Assembly (NCBI GenBank): GCA_029565935.1
Contig: JAKQNF010000016.1
Location: 21,889 to 85,888, forward strand
Source of the DNA: Bacillota bacterium
Lineage (GTDB): Bacteria; Bacillota; DTU025; MWDF01
DNA: 64,000 bases
Reading direction: 5' to 3'
Shown here: in pieces, positions 17,757-25,538 of the stretch
Position numbering within the stretch: position 1 is the stretch's first letter
Layout of the letters: every line of letters starts with the position of its first letter
Program-made: the position numbers and the translations under genes
Notes under the pieces: model-generated
The model's database searches: none
Seen by the model: only the letters and a program-made list of their open reading frames with translations
Told to the model about the DNA's origin: nothing

Positions 17757-19091
17757 TTACTTGCCGCCGAGGGGCTGTGTGACTCCATCGACTCCCGCCA
17801 CAGCGCAGATAGTCATGAAGCTCACCTGCAGGGCCTTCCATGCTCCTGCGGGATCCCATGTCTCGCTGGGTGAATGGTTGCCGGTGCTTCCGCCGCCCGC
17901 ACCGACGCATATCGAAGGATAGCCCTTGTAGACCGACCAGTTGATGTTCGTGCTCGAAGCCGAGGTTAGTGAAGGTGTATAGCCGAACATCAGGTTGCTC
18001 TGCCAGTGCGCCTGTATGAGCTTTATGTTCTCGTCTTGCGATCCTGCTGGCCTGTCGCCCACCATGGTGGTCTTCACCGTTATGGTGCCGGGCTTGTTCC
18101 AGCGCGCGTTCTCCTCGTCGGCGCCCAGCTGCCAGAGGGACATTATGGTCTTCTCTAGGCTGAGCAGGTTGTCCATGAGATTCGACCTCATATCGAGCTG
18201 GAGTCTGCAAAAGGCGGCTATCGAGTTAACCGAGGTGCCGCCTTCGATCATGCCTACCGTGAAGGTCGTCTTGGGGCCGCTCGGCACCTGGACGTCCGCC
18301 ACCTTGGCGATGGCCCTGCCGGCCGCATGTATGGCGCTCGGGGTGCCGAATGCGCCGAAGCTATGGCCGCCGGGTCCGATGAAGTCTATGAAGTACCTAT
18401 GGCTGCCGGTGCAAAGGTAGGTGATCCTCTCGGGGCCGCCGCCTTCGAAGTCGATCACGGCGACAACATTCTTGCCGATAGGATGGTTCTCGTTCAGGAA
18501 AGCCTTCATGCCCTTGAGGTCCCCGAGGCCTTCCTCACCGACCGTCCCTACGAAGACGACATCATAGACCGGCTTGACGCCGTTCTTGACGAACGCCCTT
18601 ATGACAGAGAGCATGCCGCCCAGGGCGGATGTGTCGTCACCGATGCCGGGGGCGTGGATTACGCCCTTCTCATCGATCGTATAGCCGGTCACCGTCCCGA
18701 AATCGAAGACGGTGTCAAGGTGCGCATCCACGAATACGACGGGTCCCTTCTTCGTGCCGGGCAGTATGCCCCAGCAGTTCCAGGACTTCTCGTCGATCGT
18801 CACGTCGCTAAGGCCTGCTTCTTTGAGCAGCGCCGCGTAGGCCCTGCACCTCTTCTCCTCCTTATGGGAAGGCGCTTCGATTACCACGAGGTCCTTAACG
18901 TACTGGACCCTCTGTTCGTGGTCGCTTTCGAGGAACTTGACTGCCGAAGTAACTTTCGGGTCTTTGGCGAGCTTGCCGTAGACGTCCAGGACTTCCTGGG
19001 ACACCGCCGGCGCTTCCGCAGCGAACACTGCGGGTACGAACGTCAAGGCCAGCACGAGCATCGCCGTCAGAAGATAAGATACCCTCCTCAT
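17757..19091 (-). CDS. M20-family metallopeptidase (dipeptidase / carboxypeptidase type), secreted
   Basis: 444 aa with signal peptide MRRVSYLLTAMLVLALTFVPAVFA. Metal-ligand motifs HLDTVF and GIGDDTSALG match the M20 catalytic domain. Confidence 0.8.
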   Translation of the reverse strand: MRRVSYLLTAMLVLALTFVPAVFAAEAPAVSQEVLDVYGKLAKDPKVTSAVKFLESDHEQRVQYVKDLVVIEAPSHKEEKRCRAYAALLKEAGLSDVTIDEKSWNCWGILPGTKKGPVVFVDAHLDTVFDFGTVTGYTIDEKGVIHAPGIGDDTSALGGMLSVIRAFVKNGVKPVYDVVFVGTVGEEGLGDLKGMKAFLNENHPIGKNVVAVIDFEGGGPERITYLCTGSHRYFIDFIGPGGHSFGAFGTPSAIHAAGRAIAKVADVQVPSGPKTTFTVGMIEGGTSVNSIAAFCRLQLDMRSNLMDNLLSLEKTIMSLWQLGADEENARWNKPGTITVKTTMVGDRPAGSQDENIKLIQAHWQSNLMFGYTPSLTSASSTNINWSVYKGYPSICVGAGGGSTGNHSPSETWDPAGAWKALQVSFMTICAVAGVDGVTQPLGGK

Positions 19092-19316
19092 TGCTTCCTT
19101 TCCTCCCTTTTGTAGGATTTCCGGCCAGATGTGACCGCCATTGAAATATTAATAATTTGATATAGGAAATCCTGCATCTGCCATAAAAAGTAAGGAATTG
19201 TTACAAAAGTGGAATGTGCTGGGGTTAGGCAAAGAAATTCTGGCATTGGTCTAAAAATCGAACAATGCCGCCACCGATTTGTATAGATACTCCTAGATAC
19301 GCATGGCAGCCTAGGG

Positions 19317-20564
19317 CTAAATGTCCATGGCCTTGCGCGATCCGAAGGATTTCGCTATGGCCAGGACTACGACCGCCACCATGCCGGTGGAAAAGCCGTT
19401 GTTATAGAGCAGTAACCCTCCGTGGATTGCGGCGCTCCTGCATACGATGAACAAATGGAAGAACCCGGCCAACAGGCCGTAACCATGGCCGAGCCCGTCG
19501 GATATGGGGCATAGCGCCGTGGAGAACATCGCTGCGATGGCGAGGGAGTTGCTCATGGGATAAGAAGTGATCAATGAAGCGAGCGCATAGCCTGACATCA
19601 CCGATATCATGGCGAAGGGCCTCATACCGAAGAATGCCCATCCGTTCACCGCAATGATCGTGCCGAGCAGCGGCCCGGTGAGATCGACGCCCAGTACGAA
19701 CCGGTATACAAGGATGCAGATGAGCCCCGAGGCCGCGAAATTGAGCAGCGCTCCGCCCAGGCCTCCGGTTTCTAGAAGGTCCTGATTCGTACCGCCGCGC
19801 ACGCAGATATCTACGAAGCCTTTCCACGAGCCACGGACAAGAATCAGCGACAGTAGCGCGACTGCCGAGTAGAACGCGATGAGCGCAAGGAAGCTCCAAT
19901 CAGGGTATGCGGCCAGCTGGCTCGATGGGGATTCCAAGGTGATCCCCAATCCTCGGATGACGTTGGCGGCCGCTACGGCTATGAAAGCGGATGCGAAGCC
20001 TACGTTATAGAGGTTCATGCCCTTGTAAAGGCGCTTTGTCATGGCGGAGACGTCCTGCAGGACGTAGCCGGCGGCAAGGCCGGCCGCAATCGCCCCGAGC
20101 CATCCTGCGGGTGTACTTGTGGCCACGAAACTAACGAGAGGGGAAAGACCGGTACCGAAGAGGCCTATGACGATGTCAGCCAATGGCTTCCTGCGGGCGA
20201 TTAAGCTCCTCAGACAGCAACCTGCTATGATGACGGCGCCCGATATGGGAGTCTTGCCGAAGAAGGCGAACCCTATGCACATGAACACCGCACTCGCTGC
20301 GATCCCGCGGTGCTCGCCCCCCGCGATGGCCAGCACGGCAGCCAGCAGCCCCATCAGCCCTGCGTTGATAAAAGCAGAACCGATATCACCAACGAGCGAG
20401 AAATCGGTGACGAGAAGTCCCGGCGAGCGCCATATGGCCATAAGCGACGCTAAGGGCGAGGAGGATGCGATGAAGCCGAATACCACCATAGATAGGGAGA
20501 ACGCCGCGGAAAGATAAAGAGCTGTAGATGCCGCCCTTGCCCTGGAAGGTGTGGCCACGTCCAT
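19317..20564 (-). CDS. polytopic membrane protein of unknown function (DUF1576-like)
   Basis: 415 aa, about 12 TM helices, Gly/Ala-rich; RBS AAGGAGGGGC upstream. Confidence 0.4.
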   Translation of the reverse strand: MDVATPSRARAASTALYLSAAFSLSMVVFGFIASSSPLASLMAIWRSPGLLVTDFSLVGDIGSAFINAGLMGLLAAVLAIAGGEHRGIAASAVFMCIGFAFFGKTPISGAVIIAGCCLRSLIARRKPLADIVIGLFGTGLSPLVSFVATSTPAGWLGAIAAGLAAGYVLQDVSAMTKRLYKGMNLYNVGFASAFIAVAAANVIRGLGITLESPSSQLAAYPDWSFLALIAFYSAVALLSLILVRGSWKGFVDICVRGGTNQDLLETGGLGGALLNFAASGLICILVYRFVLGVDLTGPLLGTIIAVNGWAFFGMRPFAMISVMSGYALASLITSYPMSNSLAIAAMFSTALCPISDGLGHGYGLLAGFFHLFIVCRSAAIHGGLLLYNNGFSTGMVAVVVLAIAKSFGSRKAMDI

Positions 20565-20633
20565 CTTGCCCCTCCTTATAAACAGGTCCGGCTATGACGC
20601 CGGACCCTTTCATATTTCACCATATGCCGTCTG

Positions 20634-22004
20634 TTATGCCTGCTTCTTGGCGCGCCCTTCGAAGAACTTGATGGCCTGGTCAGGATAAAGCGCGTAGGAC
20701 AGGGCGTCCTCGATGCTCCCGTTGTAGGGTTTCACGGCCTCGATGCAATTCTGCATCTCGTCGGGGAGCTTGGGCCTTGCTTCCAGCACGGGTTCGTCGC
20801 CGATCGCCATCTTTTGCACTTCGGGGTCTATGCTGCCCGCAGGCCTTCCGTACTCACCCTTGATGTAGGCTTTGACTTCCTTGCTGATCATCTTGTAGCG
20901 CTGGCCGGTCATCACGTTCATGCTAGCTTGTACTCCGACAATCTGGCTCATCGGGGTCACGAGCGGAGGATAGCCGAGGTCCTGCCTTACCGCCGGCACT
21001 TCGGCCAGGATAGATTCAAGCTTGTTAAGGTTGTTGCTCTGGGTGAGCTGTGCCCTCAGGTTCGATATCATACCGCCGGGTATCTGGTAATTCAAGACGT
21101 CGGTGTCAACGGTCCTAGCCGCAACCACACCGGGATTCGCCGCTTCTATCTCCTCTTGTATTCCCTTGAGCAGCTGTGCCGTCGGCCTGATCCGCCTTAC
21201 ATCTATGCCGGTGTCGTACTCCGTATCCCTGAAAGCGACGATCATCGTCTCGTCAGGGGACTGGGACGATCCCATCGCGATCGTCGAGACGGCGCAGTCG
21301 ATCACCGAAGCGCCGGCCTCTACGCCCTTCATGTAGGTCATGGAGGACATGCCGGACGTGTAGTGGGAATGGATCTGTACGGGGAGGCCGATTTCGGACT
21401 TCAGCGCGGCGACCAACTCGTAGCATGGATACGGGGACATGATTCCCGCCATGTCCTTTATGCAGATACTATCTGCGCCGAGGTCTGCGAACCTCTTTGC
21501 GTAGTCGACGAATCCCTTGATCGTATGTACGGGGGAGATCGTGTAGCAGAGGGCCCCCTGAAGGTGTGCGCCGGCCTTCTTGACCGCCTTGGCCGACCTT
21601 TCGACGTTCCTGATGTCGTTGAGGGCGTCGAATATCCTGACTATGTCTATGCCGTTCTCCACGGACTTCTGGACGAACGTGTCGACCACGTCATCGGCGT
21701 ACGGCCTGTATCCGACCAAGTTCTGCCCTCTAAGGAGCATCTGCATGGGCGTGTTCTTGATGACGGACCTAAGTAGCCTCAGCCTTTCCCAGGGATCCTC
21801 GTTAAGATACCTCATGGCGGTATCGAAAGTAGCCCCGCCCCATACCTCCATGGAGAAGAATCCGACCTTGTCGAGGTAGGCCGCTATCTTCATCATCTGC
21901 GGGGTCGTCATCCTGGTCGCGAAGAGCGACTGATGGGCGTCCCTCAATGTGGTGTCCATTATGCCTACTTTGCGTCCTTCGGCAAGCTTCGCTGGCCTAA
22001 TCAT
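20634..22004 (-). CDS. carboxyltransferase subunit of the oxaloacetate decarboxylase alpha / pyruvate carboxylase B / transcarboxylase 5S type, without a biotinyl domain
   Basis: Start at MIRPAKLAEGRKVGIMDTTLRDAHQSL (HMGL-like TIM barrel DTTLRDAHQS, divalent-metal ligands IHSHYTSGM). 456 aa, ending …FFEGRAKKQA with no AMKM biotin motif. The upstream in-frame extension is rejected. Confidence 0.75.
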   Translation of the reverse strand: MIRPAKLAEGRKVGIMDTTLRDAHQSLFATRMTTPQMMKIAAYLDKVGFFSMEVWGGATFDTAMRYLNEDPWERLRLLRSVIKNTPMQMLLRGQNLVGYRPYADDVVDTFVQKSVENGIDIVRIFDALNDIRNVERSAKAVKKAGAHLQGALCYTISPVHTIKGFVDYAKRFADLGADSICIKDMAGIMSPYPCYELVAALKSEIGLPVQIHSHYTSGMSSMTYMKGVEAGASVIDCAVSTIAMGSSQSPDETMIVAFRDTEYDTGIDVRRIRPTAQLLKGIQEEIEAANPGVVAARTVDTDVLNYQIPGGMISNLRAQLTQSNNLNKLESILAEVPAVRQDLGYPPLVTPMSQIVGVQASMNVMTGQRYKMISKEVKAYIKGEYGRPAGSIDPEVQKMAIGDEPVLEARPKLPDEMQNCIEAVKPYNGSIEDALSYALYPDQAIKFFEGRAKKQA

Positions 22005-22105
22005 TGAATCACCTACTTTTTCGGTAATGTATATGGATATTATACAGCATAAATAAGGTTGGTTGGTGCCTTGCCGCCGATATGTACGCTCCTTGGGACA
22101 ATGAG

Positions 22106-22145
22106 GCGCCTTCATCCAACCAATGGTATGAAGGCGCCGATTTTG
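22106..22145. terminator. 11-bp perfect hairpin (GGCGCCTTCAT/ATGAAGGCGCC) plus T-run, terminator downstream of the alpha-oxoamine synthase gene
   Basis: Followed by GATTTTGACC on the + strand; 25 bp past the minus-strand stop at 22164. Confidence 0.55.
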
Positions 22146-22163
22146 ACCATTATCCTAAAGCCT

Positions 22164-23363
22164 TTAGATTATGCCCAGTTCCTTGCCGCGCCTGCCGAGT
22201 ATCTCCAGCGCGATGTCTATGTCCTCGTCGGTGTGGGCCGCCGTCACGTTGGCCCTCAGCCTGGACTTCTTAGGGGGCACCGCCGGAGGTACTATCGGCG
22301 AGACGAACATGCCGTCGATGTGGCAGAGCCTGGTAAGCTCAAGCGTGGGCTCGTCCTCTCCTACGATTATCGGGATCACGCAGCTTTGTGTGTTAAGCGT
22401 ATCGTAGCCGAGCTCGTTGAGCCCTCCTACGAACCTCTTGATGTTGCTGCGGACCTTGTCCAGCCTCCACTTCTCCGTTTCCATGACCTCTACGGAACCG
22501 ATGATCGCACCGAGCGCCGCCGGGGGCACTGCCGCTGAGAATACGAAGCCCCTGGCGTTGTTCCTCAGGAAGGTTATGACGTCCTTGGAACCAGCTACGT
22601 ACCCGCCGATCGACGGGATGGTCTTCGCAAGGGAGCCCGTCAGAAGGTCCACCGAGGAAATGGGCATGTCGAAGTACTCGAGGATGCCCTTCCCGTTCTT
22701 GCCGAGTACGCCGAGCGAATGTGCCTCGTCAACCACGAGCCACGCCTCGTACTTCCTGCAGATCCTCGAAAGCTCCGGAAGCGGGCATACGTCGCCGTCC
22801 ATGCTGTAGACAGCATCCACTATCACCATGATGCCGCAGTTCGCGGACTGTTCGCGCCTGGCTTTAAGGAGCCTTTCCAGGTCCTCGGTGTCGTTGTGCC
22901 TGAAGCGCTGGAAGTCGGCCTCCGATATCCTGCAGCCGTCTATTATGCTGGCGTGCGCCAGCTGGTCGGATATTATAAGGTCGCGCCTTCCCATGAGGGC
23001 GTCGAACGTGGTGAGGTTGGCCATGAAACCGGAGGAATATACTATGGCGTCCTCGGTCCCCATGTAGTCCGCCAGCTTAGCCTCGCATTCATTGTGGAGC
23101 TTCGTCGTCCCCGAAAGGACCCTGACGCCGTGCGTGCCGGTGCCCCATTCCTCAAGGGCCTGCCTCGACCTCTCAAGGATGTGCGGATGGTGCAGCAGCC
23201 CGAGATAGTTGTAGGAGGAGTACACTATCATCTCTCGTCCTGCGATCTTCACCCTCGTATCGCCGACTTCGTCCACCTGCTGAAGGTAATAGTAGTGCCC
23301 GTTCTCCTTGAGGCCCTCGAGCCTCTGCTTGAATGCGCTTATCCTGTCTTCGATGGCGCCCAT
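22164..23363 (-). CDS. alpha-oxoamine synthase family PLP-dependent acyltransferase (serine palmitoyltransferase / KBL / BioF-like)
   Basis: Start at MGAIEDRISAFKQ with GGAGGA RBS. Family motifs YNYLGL, FRHNDTEDLERLL, VYSMDGDVCPL, VDEAHSLGVLGKNGKG and the PLP lysine in GSLAKT. Confidence 0.75.
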   Translation of the reverse strand: MGAIEDRISAFKQRLEGLKENGHYYYLQQVDEVGDTRVKIAGREMIVYSSYNYLGLLHHPHILERSRQALEEWGTGTHGVRVLSGTTKLHNECEAKLADYMGTEDAIVYSSGFMANLTTFDALMGRRDLIISDQLAHASIIDGCRISEADFQRFRHNDTEDLERLLKARREQSANCGIMVIVDAVYSMDGDVCPLPELSRICRKYEAWLVVDEAHSLGVLGKNGKGILEYFDMPISSVDLLTGSLAKTIPSIGGYVAGSKDVITFLRNNARGFVFSAAVPPAALGAIIGSVEVMETEKWRLDKVRSNIKRFVGGLNELGYDTLNTQSCVIPIIVGEDEPTLELTRLCHIDGMFVSPIVPPAVPPKKSRLRANVTAAHTDEDIDIALEILGRRGKELGII

Positions 23364-23427
23364 ATGCCGTCCTCCAATCGAGTGTTCACATAATTGTGCA
23401 CAAGCTAAGGAGTATGATACATGCACT

Positions 23428-23459
23428 AAGGGCGCCCGTCAATAAAAACGGGCGCCCTT
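23428..23459 (-). terminator. 11-bp GC hairpin (AAGGGCGCCCG/CGGGCGCCCTT) after the rhomboid gene
   Basis: 20 bp past the minus-strand stop; A/T-rich loop. Confidence 0.45.
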
Positions 23460-23479
23460 AAGGAAAAATCGGTCGTCTG

Positions 23480-24202
23480 TCAGGCGAGGATGTATGCCAG
23501 CATCAAGCCGAGCGTCCCGAAGACGATTGCCCCTTTCCACCAGGCGGGCCCACCGTACATGTCGTCGGCCGGCGTGCCCAGCGCCCACGCGATCGCAAAG
23601 CCGCCCAAGAGCCCGCCGATGTGCGCCCATGCGTCGATGCCGGGGATCGTGAAGCTGATCACCAGGTTGATCGCGATGGCCGTTACGAACCTGGACCCTA
23701 TTATGTACTTGAACAGCTCGGGCCGCCTTACACCCAGGTAAAGGATTGAACCGGCGATGCCGAAGATCGCCCCCGAAGCGCCGACGCCAACTACGTAAGG
23801 CTGGCCGAACATCGTGCTCAGGAGGTTTCCCGCCAGGCCGGAGGTTATGTACATGACCACGAACCGCCAACCACCGTAGATCCGCTCTGCGAAGGTGCCC
23901 AGGTTGTAGAGAGAGTAGGAGTTCAAGGCGATGTGAAGCAGCCCGTAATGGAGGAACATGGCCGTTATCAGCCTCCACCACTGGCCCTGCTGGACGAGGA
24001 TGTTCACCTTGGCGCCGGCGACCACAAGGGTGTTCAAATCCTCGGAGCTTCCGAAGATCTCGAGCATGATGAAAGCGAGCACGTTGAGAACCAGGATCGA
24101 GACAGTGGGGCTCTTAAGATAGCTAAAAGGAGAGTTGCTCCTTGGGAATCTTATCAGCTTGTAGCGGTCCTTGCCGCCGTTTTCGTCTTTGTTGAATGAC
24201 AT
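23480..24202 (-). CDS. rhomboid-family intramembrane serine protease
   Basis: Start at MSFNKDENGG. 240 aa with 6 TM helices, the GASGAIFG catalytic serine motif and the downstream AHIGGLLGG catalytic His. Confidence 0.8.
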   Translation of the reverse strand: MSFNKDENGGKDRYKLIRFPRSNSPFSYLKSPTVSILVLNVLAFIMLEIFGSSEDLNTLVVAGAKVNILVQQGQWWRLITAMFLHYGLLHIALNSYSLYNLGTFAERIYGGWRFVVMYITSGLAGNLLSTMFGQPYVVGVGASGAIFGIAGSILYLGVRRPELFKYIIGSRFVTAIAINLVISFTIPGIDAWAHIGGLLGGFAIAWALGTPADDMYGGPAWWKGAIVFGTLGLMLAYILA

Positions 24203-24413
24203 GATATCCACCCTTCTTAATATACTAACGGATGGAAGGCCCGGTCCATTTGCATTATAATCATTATACAGACTGGAAGCGCAAGTGGCACACAACCCGC
24301 AAGGCTCCCAGCGCGGACTTGCCGACACATCTAAACATACCACACGGATTGCGATAACCTAATATCGACAGGGCGAGGCCTTTGAAGGCATCGACCAAGG
24401 AGGTTGACTCGGA

Positions 24414-25538
24414 TTGAGGCTGATGCACATAGCCGACCTTCATCTAGGCGCCCCTTTGGGCAATCTCGGCGACTCCGCGAGGCACAGGTGCAAGGAGCGG
24501 GATTCCATCTTCCCGAGGATAGTCGACGCCGCCATCGAGAAGGCGGACATTCTGATAATATCCGGCGACCTCTTCGACAGGCACGACCCTGACGAGGCCC
24601 TTGCGGGCATGGTGAGGTCCGAGCTGCGAAGGCTCAAGGACAATAAGGTCCTTGCCTTGGTCGTGCCGGGCAACCACGACGAGATAACCTACACCAGGTC
24701 CACCTACAAGGACTTGTCCTGGGACGACTGCTGCAAGCTGGTGAGGACCCCTACGCCTTGGCCGGCCTTCAGGGGGGACGTGGCGGGACTCGACGTATAC
24801 GTGTGCTCCTGCGCCTATACCGGGGGCGTGACGAGAAGAGAGGACCTGAAGGACCTTAAGAGGGTGCCGGACGGCGCGGTCGGGATACTGGCGATGCATT
24901 GCTCCCTGGACATGGACCTGCCTGGGGCGGACGAGGACAGGGCCATGAAGGTCTCCTCCAAGGACATAGAAGCGTCCGGCTACTCGTATGCCGCGCTCGG
25001 GCATATACACAAGCCCATTGTGAGGACATCGGGTAAGCTTACCATGGTGTACCCGGGTCTTCTTGACGGCATGGGTTTCAATGATATCGGCACCGGTAGA
25101 TACCCCATCGCGGAATTTAACGGATCCGACGTCCGGCTCAGCTGGGAAGACATGCCGGGCCTCGCCGGATATTCGGCGCTGGAGCTGGACATCACCGGGA
25201 TGGCCCCGGAAGATGCCGCGTCCAGGGTCCGTTCTAAGGCCCAAGGGGCCGCCTACCTGCTCGTCAGGCTCACGGGCACGATGCAGGCCTCTTTCTCACC
25301 TATCGGCCTGAGATCCGCGCTCGCCCCATATTTCTCGTTCGTACAGGTAGAATCCGACGCACTTCACCTGGACCCCTTTGAGCTTGATAACATGGCAAAG
25401 GAGAACACCCTCAGGGGCTCTTTCACAAGGAGGATGCTAGGGCGCCTGGAAAGCTGCGGCGAAGAGGAGAAGGGGCTGGTCGAGGCGGCCTTGAAGAAGG
25501 GGCTCGAGGCTCTGAGGCAGGAGGTGCAGGGAAGATGA
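24414..25538 (+). CDS. sbcD: SbcD/Mre11-family metallophosphoesterase nuclease
   Basis: N-terminus LRLMHIADLHLG (phosphoesterase motif I), GDLFD (II), GNHD (III); 374 aa. TTG start 11 nt after AGGAGG. Confidence 0.8.
   Translation: MRLMHIADLHLGAPLGNLGDSARHRCKERDSIFPRIVDAAIEKADILIISGDLFDRHDPDEALAGMVRSELRRLKDNKVLALVVPGNHDEITYTRSTYKDLSWDDCCKLVRTPTPWPAFRGDVAGLDVYVCSCAYTGGVTRREDLKDLKRVPDGAVGILAMHCSLDMDLPGADEDRAMKVSSKDIEASGYSYAALGHIHKPIVRTSGKLTMVYPGLLDGMGFNDIGTGRYPIAEFNGSDVRLSWEDMPGLAGYSALELDITGMAPEDAASRVRSKAQGAAYLLVRLTGTMQASFSPIGLRSALAPYFSFVQVESDALHLDPFELDNMAKENTLRGSFTRRMLGRLESCGEEEKGLVEAALKKGLEALRQEVQGR

Noticed and set aside
20634-22115. Long N-terminal extensions in the ORF track (for example 20634-22115, 12835-14619, 14490-16238, 22164-23426, 23480-24343, 41000-42841, 52988-54070, 61467-62228)
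   Set aside because: In each case an internal start aligns with the family N-terminus or a signal peptide and has a proper RBS. The extension runs through intergenic sequence or the opposite strand of a neighbour.
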